Position numbers and translations under genes: made by a program
The notes under the pieces: generated by a model
The model's database searches: none
Seen by the model: the letters and a program-made list of their open reading frames with translations, nothing else
Told to the model about the DNA's origin: nothing
Shown: one piece after another, positions 8,354 to 19,200 of the stretch
Layout: each line of letters opens with the position of its first letter
Position numbering within the stretch: the stretch's first letter is position 1
DNA from: a virus
Lineage: Duplodnaviria > Caudoviricetes
Direction: 5' to 3' (one strand)
Virus record (IMG/VR): IMGVR_UViG_3300029982_000009
Length of the DNA: 64,000 nt

Positions 8354-11300
8354 TTAATGACAATTGCTTAGTGTAATACTGCCATTGATTCCTAATGTAA
8401 TTATTGCACCCCCGCCTAAGGTCATTGCACAGTTTCCCGGCGTTGTTGTGATTATATATGGGGCAGCGGCAATTGCGGAATTATTATATCCAGAAGCCGC
8501 CGCTAATGCATTAATGGTTTTTGTTGTACCCACCAAAATACCACCCGTATAAACGGTAGAACTAGTAGTGGGCGTCGTGCCATCTGTTGTATAATAGATG
8601 ATCGAGCCAGGAGTTGAATCGGTAATTATAACTGTTTGTGTAGTAGTATATACGCCTGCTATTGGATTGAATATAGGAGTTGCAGTCGTGGACGTGATGT
8701 TAATAGTATAGACGGCCGAACTCGTTGAAGAGTTATTGTATCCAATTTTAGTAGCAATTGCATACAACGTTTGTGTCGTTGATACGGTAACAGAACCCGT
8801 TACTTGGGTAGCTCCTGTGCAAGTTGTGGTATTGCATCCAGTAAATGTACCGGTTGTATTATACCAGATTGTAGCACCAGATGTTCCACTAGAGATAGAC
8901 ACCGTTTGTACCGAAGTATACGTTGCTGTTCCCGGTGAAAAAGTTGGCGCACTCGCAGTAGGTAGGTTGATTACATATGCGGCGGTGGCTATCGCGCTAT
9001 TTGAGTATCCCGGAGCTATTGCAATTGCTTTTACTGTTTCTGATACAGTAACCGAAATAGCACCCGTGTATAGAGTTGAGGATGGTGTCGGGGTTGTACC
9101 ATCTGTCGTGTAATAGAGTATTGCCCCCGGGGTTGTACTTGCAATAGTAACAGATTGTGTTCCAACATATGTTCCCGCTCCGGGGGTTAATGTTGGGAGA
9201 GCAGCCGCAGGTAGGTTAATTGTATAGGCCGCGGAAGTTATTGCAGAATTAGTATATCCTGCGTAGGTAACAATAGCATAGAGGGTTTCCGACGATGCAA
9301 CTGATACCGTACCCGTTACTTGGGTTGCACCCGTGCAAGTTGTGGTAGTGCAGCCAGTAAATGTACCGGTTGTATTATACCAGATTGTAGCACCGGTAGT
9401 GGAACTACTAATTGTAACTAATTGAATAGAAGTATATGTTCCCGCTGCAGGAGAAAAACTAGCCGATGCTGCCACCGGTGTTCCAATAACAAAGGCTGCC
9501 GAGCCTACCGGACTGTTTGTATAACCAGACGCTACTGCAAGCGCTTGGATAGTCTCGGAAACTGATACCGAAATAGGCGTAGAGTATAATGATGATGCTG
9601 TTGTTGGAGTACTTCCGTCTGTAGTATAGTAAATCGATGCTCCCGGAGTGGTTGACGTAATAGCAACACTCTGGGTACTGGTGTAGGTCCCCGCCACCGG
9701 TGAAAATGTTGGGGTGACAGCAACAGGTAAGCCTGCACTATAACAAGATGCCGCGTTAAAAGTTAATGGAGATCCCGCATTACCAGGTGTTCCGCCCATT
9801 GCTGCATAGCAGGCCTGTGCAGGAATAAGAGCCGCATGGCCGCCAGGACCACTGCCGCCAGTAACATCCGGTCCAATAGCCGGATAAGAAAGTGTCGTAC
9901 CCCACCAAGATGGTTTAGCACTCAAATAGAATGACGCGGGTAGTGTGTGTGTAAGCCCAGTTTTCCATACGATTGCACTAGAAATATTTCCGTAGTTTCC
10001 GTGTAAGGTAGCACTAGAGTATGCCAGTGTCGAATCAGCCGCATTGCCCGGTGCTGTAACCCCATCGTCCGCCGCTTCAGAATAGCCGAAGGACCATCCA
10101 TATACAAGGCTATCATAACTTCTGTTAACAGGATATTGTACAGCGTCGGTTTGTCCGGTACCACTATTATAAGGCGTTACGCCTACTCCGGGTCCAGGAC
10201 CATATCCAATATTATTTTCTTGCTCAGGGCCACCGATTACATTGCCTAACGCATTATTTCCTATTGAAAGCGTGGAAGCCTGAAATGCTCTAGCTCCCTG
10301 AAATGGATTACAGGTATGTCCCGATGTTAATGCGCTACAAACCTGTAATGTACTTCCGGAGGTAACTGTATTACGCCCTGCTGCTAATGGATACCCATTG
10401 TCTGAACTGCCGATTACCCAGTTACGATATTCTGTATTGCGTGTACTAGATCCCCAAATTGAGTCGAGATCAATGGTTGTCAGCACATTCCCTTCAAGCA
10501 AGTTAAATTCTGGATTTGCTCCATGGAAATCGATACCACCTATCATAAAGTTAGGTGAATTTTGATCAAATTCGCCTAGAGTATAGTTATAGCTGATTAC
10601 GTTACCAGATGGCCCTCGTTCAATGACTATGCAATCATGTCCTCTTTCGCATATATTATTTTCAATTTTCATTTTTGAGGTGTAGAAATCGATTTGACCA
10701 GTCGAATCGTAAGTACCAGGCTGGTGGAAAATAGCGTTTGAGAAGTAGTTGTTGCTAACCTCTCCGCCGTAGCTGTAATGGAAATCAAAATAGTCTGCAT
10801 CGGTGTAATTTACCTCGACTCCGTGTACAAAACAATTTTCGCACATCGAACCAAGAACATCGACACCAACGCTTGTAGTTGTTCCTGCATTTGTCGTATA
10901 TATTTGCAGATTCTCTACTCCGGCTTGTATTGCTGACGGAGAAAATGGTGTTGCTAAGGGAGCGGTAGTTGTTCCTGATCCGTATAGTGTCCAGGTACAA
11001 GTTCCGTCGGAAGTTGTTGAAAAAGACCCTGTGCCGCTTGTGCAATTATAAGGTCCATTACCGCCTGAACCTGTAGGCGCCGCGGTTTCCTGATAGATGT
11101 TTCCACCATTGGTAACGTTCGCGCCAGGGTAATATGTATGCGACGTTGCCCAGCTAGGCAACGTGGACCCAAACGTCCAGTATAGCCCAGGTGAAATGGT
11201 GATTGTGGTCCCGCTCACGCCGGTTACTAGAACGGTCTGCCCACTTGACCTATAACCTCCATATACATCGCAAAAGTTGCAGAAGCCTTCAGTACCAGTC

Positions 11301-11869
11301 GAATTTACGTTGTTGCCAAGAGAGTTTAATTCTGTGACTGTGAGTAACTTACCAACTGAGATATTGGTAGCACTGGCTACCGTGACACTAGTAGATCCGG
11401 CCGTTAGTCCGCTAGTAACCGCAGTATCATTGGCTGTACTTGGGAATGAGGATGAGCCAAGGATAATCGCACCATTGCCGCTTGAACCTGTAAAATTCAG
11501 AATTGTTGAATTCGCGCCCTGCCCATTAAGGTAGCAGTAACTTGGAACCGTTAATGTACCAGCGATCACAAAAGTACCGGCAGCCAGATTAACATATTTC
11601 TCGGCTCCTACCGATCCACCGCAAGCGGCTAAAGCCGTGTTTATAGCTGAGGTTTGATCACTACCTGTAGATGTAATGGTGCTACCTGCTTGTGTTGCTG
11701 TAGGAATACCTCCCGGTATGCCTGCTACGCTCCAATCAACCGCGCATCCTGTTGGGGTTGCGCCAGTGCAAGTTCCTGATCCATATGGATAAAGTAGTCC
11801 ACTCCACGCTTGGGCGTGGACTACACAAGGAAGAAGCATGAATACTAGTGCTATGAGAAATCGTTTCAT
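8354..11869 (-). CDS. signal-peptide-bearing beta-helix/pectate-lyase-like adhesin with five chitobiase C-terminal (FN3-associated) repeats
   Basis: MKRFLIALVFMLLPCVVHA signal peptide; AINTAL..C...YVNL.AGTF beta-helix cap; repeats TPTFSP.AGTYT.TQ.V.I...TPGA.IYYTTDG.TP. Confidence 0.8.
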   Translation of the reverse strand: MKRFLIALVFMLLPCVVHAQAWSGLLYPYGSGTCTGATPTGCAVDWSVAGIPGGIPTATQAGSTITSTGSDQTSAINTALAACGGSVGAEKYVNLAAGTFVIAGTLTVPSYCYLNGQGANSTILNFTGSSGNGAIILGSSSFPSTANDTAVTSGLTAGSTSVTVASATNISVGKLLTVTELNSLGNNVNSTGTEGFCNFCDVYGGYRSSGQTVLVTGVSGTTITISPGLYWTFGSTLPSWATSHTYYPGANVTNGGNIYQETAAPTGSGGNGPYNCTSGTGSFSTTSDGTCTWTLYGSGTTTAPLATPFSPSAIQAGVENLQIYTTNAGTTTSVGVDVLGSMCENCFVHGVEVNYTDADYFDFHYSYGGEVSNNYFSNAIFHQPGTYDSTGQIDFYTSKMKIENNICERGHDCIVIERGPSGNVISYNYTLGEFDQNSPNFMIGGIDFHGANPEFNLLEGNVLTTIDLDSIWGSSTRNTEYRNWVIGSSDNGYPLAAGRNTVTSGSTLQVCSALTSGHTCNPFQGARAFQASTLSIGNNALGNVIGGPEQENNIGYGPGPGVGVTPYNSGTGQTDAVQYPVNRSYDSLVYGWSFGYSEAADDGVTAPGNAADSTLAYSSATLHGNYGNISSAIVWKTGLTHTLPASFYLSAKPSWWGTTLSYPAIGPDVTGGSGPGGHAALIPAQACYAAMGGTPGNAGSPLTFNAASCYSAGLPVAVTPTFSPVAGTYTSTQSVAITSTTPGASIYYTTDGSTPTTASSLYSTPISVSVSETIQALAVASGYTNSPVGSAAFVIGTPVAASASFSPAAGTYTSIQLVTISSSTTGATIWYNTTGTFTGCTTTTCTGATQVTGTVSVASSETLYAIVTYAGYTNSAITSAAYTINLPAAALPTLTPGAGTYVGTQSVTIASTTPGAILYYTTDGTTPTPSSTLYTGAISVTVSETVKAIAIAPGYSNSAIATAAYVINLPTASAPTFSPGTATYTSVQTVSISSGTSGATIWYNTTGTFTGCNTTTCTGATQVTGSVTVSTTQTLYAIATKIGYNNSSTSSAVYTINITSTTATPIFNPIAGVYTTTQTVIITDSTPGSIIYYTTDGTTPTTSSTVYTGGILVGTTKTINALAAASGYNNSAIAAAPYIITTTPGNCAMTLGGGAIITLGINGSITLSNCH
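8447..9726 (-). repeat. five tandem ~85 aa chitobiase/beta-hexosaminidase C-terminal-type repeats (A-B-A-B-A)
   Basis: protein repeats visible; 84 bp near-identical DNA copies at 8795-8878 and 9311-9394. Confidence 0.85.
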
Positions 11870-11917
11870 ATATTTAACCTTTTTTGCGGCACGCCGTACA
11901 TGTGTCGCCGAGTTAAC

Positions 11918-14900
11918 TTACCACCCTTGGAACTCCGCGCTCCATCCAGCACCGCCATCTCCGCCCGTTCCGGATGTCGTATAGGTTGCCGCCGTGTAGC
12001 CGGAACCGCCCGACGCCGTGCAAGAGGCCAAAGCGCCTCCGCTCCACGTCGGGGTAACCGTCCCGCCCGACCCTCCGCCACCCAGAATGTTGAAAGTTAC
12101 ATTCGTCCCTGTGCCGCATCCTGCGCCAGCCTGTACCACCGTGCAACTGGACAGCGCCCCGGAAGTGACGCCCAGTGTTGCTTTGGGCTGGCTCGTGCAG
12201 GTCCCGCTTGTTGCCGCAGCCTCAGGCACGGTAACCAGGCCCCCAGGACCACCAGCCGTGTAGATGGATGGCCAAGTCGAAACGGCAGCTTGCGAGGAAA
12301 GAACTACGACACCCCCGCCTCCACCTGATCCTGCTCCTGTAGAGTTTGCAGCAGGAGGTGCGCCGTATCCTCCACTCGCGTCAATGATGCCCGTGTGAGT
12401 GCCGTCTGTACCCGTTATCGAGGCGCACATCAGGATGACAGGTGCTCCACCATTTCCGGCTGCTCCCCCTGTGCTACCTCCCTGCTTGCCACCCCCGCCA
12501 TAGGAATATAGGCCATCCAGCCCAGCTCCCAAGGCAAGGAAATTGTGCTTAAGGCCGGAGGAAAGCGTACCTCCATTTCCACCGTTTCCGCCGTTTGCTG
12601 CTCCTGCCGCTCCACCGCCAGTCGTACCAATATTGGTAGCGTAGTAATAGGGTAGCCCAGCAGTACCGGCAGCAGTGCCACCACCCGACCCACCGCCACC
12701 GCTGCTATCCATCGGGTAGCCATTTCCATATCCAGCCATTGCGCCATTCGCTTCAATCGTCCCTGCAATCGTGCAGGCGCCGGATACGTGGACGATCAAA
12801 CCTGCCGCAGAGTTCACCGTCACCGTGTTGCCATAAGGAACGGTGAAGGTCGTGTAATTATACTCGCCGCTCATGTTGCCGCTGGCGTTGGTGTTCGAGC
12901 CATTTGATCCGTCGCCAAAATATTGCAGCCAGCCGGGGACGTTCGGACTCATAGCCGATCCGGTGGCTGCAACGGTGCAACTGCCCCCCAACGTGCAAGT
13001 CTGCCCATTTACCGTGGTCGAACTGTTGGCCAGCGCAGAGTTAGGTATCGCGCTGGCGATCACTGACAAAGATGGTGTAGAGGCAGAGTTGCTCACCGTT
13101 GGAACCAGCCAGGAAGGCCAAGTGCCCGCCGAAGCTGCAAAGTTTGTAACCGTGCCGAATGAAGTGCATCCGGTGCCAGAGGCGCTGGCTCCACTTGGCC
13201 CGAACGTATAGGTGCAAGATGAACCGGCCCCCGCGTTGCCCGTCGACCCGGAAGTCAGTTGCCAGCTTTGCGTCGCCGGGTTGTAGCCGAGAATGTCTTC
13301 CGCCTGCTTGGCCTGGGCGCTATTCCAGCCCTGCGCGTTCAGCATGGGATAGGTCGCATTCCATGCCGCGCACTGTGCGCTTGTGCCGCAGCCAACAACC
13401 ACCGCCCCCATCTTGCTTCCTCCGTTGCCCCCATAAGGTGGCAACCCCATGAACAGTCCATCGCGATGAGGGCCGGAAAGCACCATTCCATACGGCGTAG
13501 TTAGTTGGCCGCGTCCGGGGATATACCCTGTTAAACTAACCGCTGGGTAACCGTCATAAAGTGTCGGATCGTTGTTGTTTGCAAACTGGCCCTCGTAATC
13601 GTTACTCCCGAATTGACCGGCTGATTGGAAGTAGAAATTGGAATGCTGGCCGCCTTCTTGATAGTTATTGAAGCCGAAATTCAACCCATTGATCTTGATT
13701 CTGAAATAATGCGGCTGCTCCAGCGTATCCCCCGTGGCGAACGTACCGACAACCGGAGTCGTGACGATTGCCGATCCATCCACAGCTCCGGTGGCCCCGT
13801 TGTAGACATTTAGAGTTCGTCCTTGCGGGTAGATGTGATACGGATTATTGTTCACAGCCACCACCGGCGTCCCGGTAATGCCCGCACCTGCATTTAAAAT
13901 AGTGCATCCTGAGAGCGCGGTGCCTACCACTGTGGGATAGATCATCGGCGCGGAAGTGTAAGTGATGCCTGTAATCTGGATGGTAGGAGGCGAGTTTACT
14001 GTGTAACTTGTGCCGCCAGTCGCTGTGCAAGCAGTAACTGCGCCGCCGCTCACCGACACCGTAGCCGTACCGCCTGAGCCTGTCAAGGCTGGGGCATAGC
14101 CATAGGACCGCGTATTGATGGTGCCGTTCACTCCGGCGCCGTTGTAAATCGTCAATGTGTTTCCGCTGGCACTGGAAACAATAGGATATATCACCCGGAC
14201 AGTTCCGTCCAGCCCACTCTCTCCGCTGACGGCCATCCCGTTCGTCACACCCGGAACTACCCAATCGGCATCCATACCAAAGCCATAACCGGTAAGTCCG
14301 CCCGCAGCTACTGTCGAGTTATTTGTGAGAGGGTAATTCATCACATCCACGGTGATGTGCGTCCCGTCCGGCACTGCCGTGATATGAGAGCATTGCCAAC
14401 TAGGGTCCACCTTGTCGAACATGCAGACCGTCTGGCCGGTACTGAATCCTGTCGAACTGGCAACAGGGATCGTCACGTTGGACAGCGGCATGGTGTTCGT
14501 GCCGCCCGTTTGGGAGCCGGTGGTTATAGCCGCCGTGGTCGTCGTTGTGGCAGTTGTCAGGCCAAACGTTGAGTCCCAATTGGCTGCGCTGGAGCCGGTA
14601 AATGTGCCTGCACTGATGCCTGAGATATACCCTGCGTTGTAGCCATGCGTAACGTCAATCATGGCCAAGTCGTTCCCCCAGCTTCCGGTGACTCCCTGAG
14701 TCTGCGTGAGGGCAAATGTGCAGGTAGCTCCGCAGGTCTGTGTATTGAGCCTGCCCTCTGGAACATTCCCCGTCTCTCCCAGGCGTGAGCGCCATTCCAG
14801 GCCCTCGTTCTGTGCTAAACCTTGGCCCACACTAAAGGCTCCTGTAAGGAGCGGTATCGAGTCACCTGGCGCATAACTGGTCAAGCTGATGTTATGCCCA

Positions 14901-16222
14901 GCCTGCGAACCCGACGAATGCACCCACATCTGGGTAATCATAGTATTCAGACTGGTTTCATCCCCGTCAAAATCTCGCGTACCCCCGAAAACGGATTGTT
15001 GAAGATTAAGCGCGGCAGCAGGATGCGGAGTATTGCCGCTTCCGGCACTGGTAATCGTTTGAGCAAACAGGGGCTGGGCATAGTGCCGATTATCCCCAAG
15101 TGACATGCCACCATTACAAATCACCTGCGGTGGACCCCATCTATAATCAGTCACACAACCGCTAGTAGTTGTGGCGGCAGGCCCATTCACTGGAATGCCA
15201 TAATCTGTCGTATTTCCCATGCCCCAGGGCTGTGCTTCCGTCTGCGCATAGTTCGCGGGAGCCAGAATGGAACAGGCAACCGACGGAGCGGCGAGGCACG
15301 CCAGAAACGAGTTGGCAATGCCGTTGTTCCCCGTTCCTGCTGGGGTTTGCTGCTGCGCTGCGTTGATCTGGCCGTTCGTAGTGCCAGCCACGACGGTGCC
15401 TGGGAATGTGCCATTGCCAGTGGACCCGCCCAGGGTAATAGACGGTGCGCCGGTGCCAACGCTTAAACCTCCTGGGAGCGTGTTTAATTGTGATGGTCCG
15501 CTACCAGTCTGTGCTCCGTTTGTCATCGCGTTCCAAGTTGTCGAGCCGCCTGGTCCGCATCCAGTGCCGTCTGCTTTGGCATAAAGTCCTGTGCAACTTC
15601 CGCTTGCCCCTCCAATAATTACTGGGTTCACTAGTCCGGATCCTAGAGGTCCAGAGAATAAGGCCTCACCGCCTGAATTATACATCGTTAATAACGGGGT
15701 ACCGGAACCTATAATTATATTAGTAGCCTGGAAGTTACCCCCTGGTGTGGTTGACGTACCATTTGCAGGTAATGCAGCATTAGCGGTCGCTTGGGCGGCA
15801 GTTTCTGCGGTAATAGCTCTGGCGGTTTCACCTGAAAAAATAGTTCGTTCATCGGTTATCGATGTTATCACACTAGCATTTGTTAGAACAATCGCAACAG
15901 GAATATCGGTTACACCAAAATTCGTCGTTTTCACTGCGGGTACGCACGATGCCGAGGTATTAAGATAGATATAATTTAGGGATGAGGCAGTAAGTGTTAA
16001 TGTCCCTCCGCTATATATAAATATTGACCCTTGGCAGTTAACAGTTCCAGCCGATATTTCTGCTTGCAATCCTGTGCCAGCGGTAACCCAATACCCGGGC
16101 GCAGTACCGTTAGAATATTTTGCATTAAGCGCAGAAATTGGAGCAATTTGAGTCGCTGGATTCTGCGCAAGGCTAAAGGGGCCTATACAGGCTAACATTA
16201 TTGATAAAATTATTTTTCTCAT
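11918..16222 (-). CDS. signal-peptide-bearing Gly/Thr-rich tail-fibre-like protein
   Basis: MRKIILSIMLACIGPFSLA signal peptide; Gly-rich GGxGG C-terminus; overlaps baseplate wedge stop (ATGA); GC-rich body. Confidence 0.75.
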   Translation of the reverse strand: MRKIILSIMLACIGPFSLAQNPATQIAPISALNAKYSNGTAPGYWVTAGTGLQAEISAGTVNCQGSIFIYSGGTLTLTASSLNYIYLNTSASCVPAVKTTNFGVTDIPVAIVLTNASVITSITDERTIFSGETARAITAETAAQATANAALPANGTSTTPGGNFQATNIIIGSGTPLLTMYNSGGEALFSGPLGSGLVNPVIIGGASGSCTGLYAKADGTGCGPGGSTTWNAMTNGAQTGSGPSQLNTLPGGLSVGTGAPSITLGGSTGNGTFPGTVVAGTTNGQINAAQQQTPAGTGNNGIANSFLACLAAPSVACSILAPANYAQTEAQPWGMGNTTDYGIPVNGPAATTTSGCVTDYRWGPPQVICNGGMSLGDNRHYAQPLFAQTITSAGSGNTPHPAAALNLQQSVFGGTRDFDGDETSLNTMITQMWVHSSGSQAGHNISLTSYAPGDSIPLLTGAFSVGQGLAQNEGLEWRSRLGETGNVPEGRLNTQTCGATCTFALTQTQGVTGSWGNDLAMIDVTHGYNAGYISGISAGTFTGSSAANWDSTFGLTTATTTTTAAITTGSQTGGTNTMPLSNVTIPVASSTGFSTGQTVCMFDKVDPSWQCSHITAVPDGTHITVDVMNYPLTNNSTVAAGGLTGYGFGMDADWVVPGVTNGMAVSGESGLDGTVRVIYPIVSSASGNTLTIYNGAGVNGTINTRSYGYAPALTGSGGTATVSVSGGAVTACTATGGTSYTVNSPPTIQITGITYTSAPMIYPTVVGTALSGCTILNAGAGITGTPVVAVNNNPYHIYPQGRTLNVYNGATGAVDGSAIVTTPVVGTFATGDTLEQPHYFRIKINGLNFGFNNYQEGGQHSNFYFQSAGQFGSNDYEGQFANNNDPTLYDGYPAVSLTGYIPGRGQLTTPYGMVLSGPHRDGLFMGLPPYGGNGGSKMGAVVVGCGTSAQCAAWNATYPMLNAQGWNSAQAKQAEDILGYNPATQSWQLTSGSTGNAGAGSSCTYTFGPSGASASGTGCTSFGTVTNFAASAGTWPSWLVPTVSNSASTPSLSVIASAIPNSALANSSTTVNGQTCTLGGSCTVAATGSAMSPNVPGWLQYFGDGSNGSNTNASGNMSGEYNYTTFTVPYGNTVTVNSAAGLIVHVSGACTIAGTIEANGAMAGYGNGYPMDSSGGGGSGGGTAAGTAGLPYYYATNIGTTGGGAAGAANGGNGGNGGTLSSGLKHNFLALGAGLDGLYSYGGGGKQGGSTGGAAGNGGAPVILMCASITGTDGTHTGIIDASGGYGAPPAANSTGAGSGGGGGVVVLSSQAAVSTWPSIYTAGGPGGLVTVPEAAATSGTCTSQPKATLGVTSGALSSCTVVQAGAGCGTGTNVTFNILGGGGSGGTVTPTWSGGALASCTASGGSGYTAATYTTSGTGGDGGAGWSAEFQGW

Positions 16223-19200
16223 GAAATCCTCAAATTAAGATTGTTTAGACTAGTTACGACAGAGATATTTTTTACTGTAGCCGCTGATATAAAAATTTCA
16301 TATGGGTTGCAGACAATTTGCTCTAACGCACCATACGAAAGATTTCCTGCATTTGGAACTAGATGAACCGCATTAATAATATTGGTCATATTCGACAAAA
16401 TATAGTTAGATAGTTGTGCCCAGAAAAATGTTTGGCCAAAATTAAAATTACCAATTGTAAAAAAATTATTTACAAGAGTAATAATTTGGCTTGCAATTTC
16501 GCCGGCACCCACTGCACTATTTGGGTTTGCTACGGCCACAAATGTTGCCTGAACCGAGGGGTCGGCTTTATCACCAAAAAGTGGAACAAACTGAGCCGAA
16601 TTAAAAATTAATTCATCAGATACCATTTTGTAATTATTAAGATCATTAAAATCGTTTGATAGCGTCTCGGTTGTTGGTGGTGTTGGTAATGCTATTTGTC
16701 CCGTTTGATCTGTTATGTATTGTTGATATGCGGTAGCATAACTTGATTCGAGACAATACATATCTATAATGTTCGACGGACTAGGATCTATTCTACGATT
16801 ATCAGACGCATTATGCTGATATTGAAATTTTAAATTTTGTCGTCCTACATAATACGAATATGTTAAAGTACTTCCTGGCTGATTAAGTGTTGTTTTAGTT
16901 GCTAAACTCCCAACCCTTGATATCTGATAAAATTGAAGAGTTGAGAGGCAAAAAATAATTGCTCCATTTGCATACGAGTATAAATTATTATTTATGTCCG
17001 TGGGTAAATTAACAACAACTACCTGATTAGCTCCAGAGCTTATTAATTTTGTAGTAGATTGCGAGTTATCGGTTACTAAAAATATAAAATTACTATCAGA
17101 CACACAATCTTTAAAGAAAAAAGGGTCAGTGGGAATACCAGTATATGCTAGCCCTGCATATTGAATTTGCACCCTACTATTATCAATTAAACCATTAATT
17201 TCATCAACGACTGCGTAAACATCTACTGATATATCGTTCGGTAATCCGAGGTTAACGGCAACGCCGGGCGCACTGTTAGTTTCTAAGATTATTATCTGAT
17301 CGGTTAGTGTAGACGCGTTGGTTGGATCGTATACCTTAGCATTAGGATCAAAATAAAAGGTTGTTTGCTGTTCAGATCCAAAATAATAGGCATTTGATTG
17401 TTGATATACAGTAAAAGTTGTAGTACTCGTTGGTACGAACGCCAATAGCCAATCGTTTGTATTAATCGCCGCTGGACTCATCGGAGCAATAAACTGGGAA
17501 CCATAAATTGCTGGGCTAAAATTTAATGGTAATGTGTTATCTAAACTCCATGAAAGAGTGTATGAATTATATGATAGAGCTACCGCATTTCCATTAGTTA
17601 AATAGGTGATTAATTTTTGAATTAAATTACTCGGTAATACGGGAATGTATAATGGTAAAATGCCGGTTAATAATGCCCCGGTAGGAATTTTTTGCGATAG
17701 TAAAATTGCTCCACTACCGTCAACATTTATCCCATTCATTGAGATCGAGTTTCCGATGCCAGCCGAATCAGCAGAAGTAATAGCCGCATAAATTATAGAT
17801 TTCTGATTCAATAATTGGGAAGACGAAGTGATTAGATTATTGTTAATGTCAAAAAATTGACCAGTGGGAGCGGTAAATTGTAATAATGATCCAATTTTCA
17901 GAATTGATGAATGCGAGACGGGCGCGAAACGTCCATCGTTTATTGTAATTAGATTGCCGGTGGCAACATCACTTATCCATCCAGAGCTAGAAGTATTGTC
18001 AGTTAACACTAAATTCCAGGCGGTCGCTGCCGAGGGAATAGTGATTGGATAATTACTGGGATTAAGGACAAACGACAGCGTATTATTAGACGATATTAGC
18101 GAGGTTATCTGACTTTCTACAATTGTTGCTAAATTATTTTGATTTGCATAGGTATAATTATTTGTTATAACTGACGGATCTGTATATATAAAACCATCGT
18201 CACAAAAAACATTTGTGCTACTAAATTTTCCAGTTGGATCAATTACATCGAGATATCGACTTACTCCGCTAGCCGTCCTATTGATTGCTTTTAATTGTAA
18301 AATATTGCTATATTTTGTAAAGGGAAAAGAGTTATAATCTTGACCATTTACCATTCTATTTTGCGAGTAGAAACTTTGGGGTGCCTTTAATTTAATATTT
18401 GCTAACGATTCGGTACCCGCACTATTACCTACGGTGTATTGTAAACTCGCATTGATTGTTAATAGCTGTGTACGATTTGTCTTACTCGTATAGTTAATAG
18501 GAAAAGATAAATTGGACATTTCTGAAGGATTAATTCTATATGTTAGCCCATTAGATGAACGAGTAAAGCATATAAAATTACCTTGAGGAATTGCTCCAAA
18601 AACACCGTCACCGAAGATTAAAGTAATAGCATCGTTGATTTGATTAGTTACAGAAAAAATTGTTTGCTGCTGCGATGGAAGATTATTGAAAGCTGTATTT
18701 TCTCCGTAAATTGTTTGTACCTGAGTCCATTCTGTAATTGTTCCGTCTGTATTAAGTTGATATAGCCATACATCCGAGTTATTAACGCCGGTTTGGGATA
18801 AATTGATAGATGTATTAGGTAACCCAGATGCAATACTAAAAGTTTGCGACGACAATGTTCCCTGTTTAAAATAGAGAAAATACCCCGTATTTTGGCTAGC
18901 AAATCCTAGTCCATCATTTTCATAAAGAAGATTAAAAGTAGAAGTGTGTTCGGGGTCGATTTCATATATAAATGTTTCGCCAACAGAAGTAGGGTTAACT
19001 ATTTCAAAATTTGTACTTGAACTATTAATAGATGCTGTGAATGCATATGGCGGCGCCTGTCCTGCCGACGAAGACAAGCCGTATTCTGAATAATTAATTC
19101 CATTAATTACATTTGTATTACCAGGATTGCCAATGGTTTGAGAACTAATTAAAACTGCATTGATAATAGTATTCCACTGATCTTGCCAGTTTCTATTAGT

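Noticed and set aside
8795-9394. Diversity-generating retroelement TR/VR pair
   Set aside because: Both copies lie inside one ORF, differences are not adenine-specific, and no reverse transcriptase is in the window
11871-11876. TAAATA late promoter for the 1171 aa adhesin gene
   Set aside because: Only 1 nt from the ATG, so a start site would fall inside the codon; probably co-transcribed from upstream
11866-15968. Many plus-strand and alternative-frame ORFs of 60-140 aa
   Set aside because: Shadow ORFs from GC-rich, Gly/Thr/Ala-biased coding on the minus strand; no RBS or motif support
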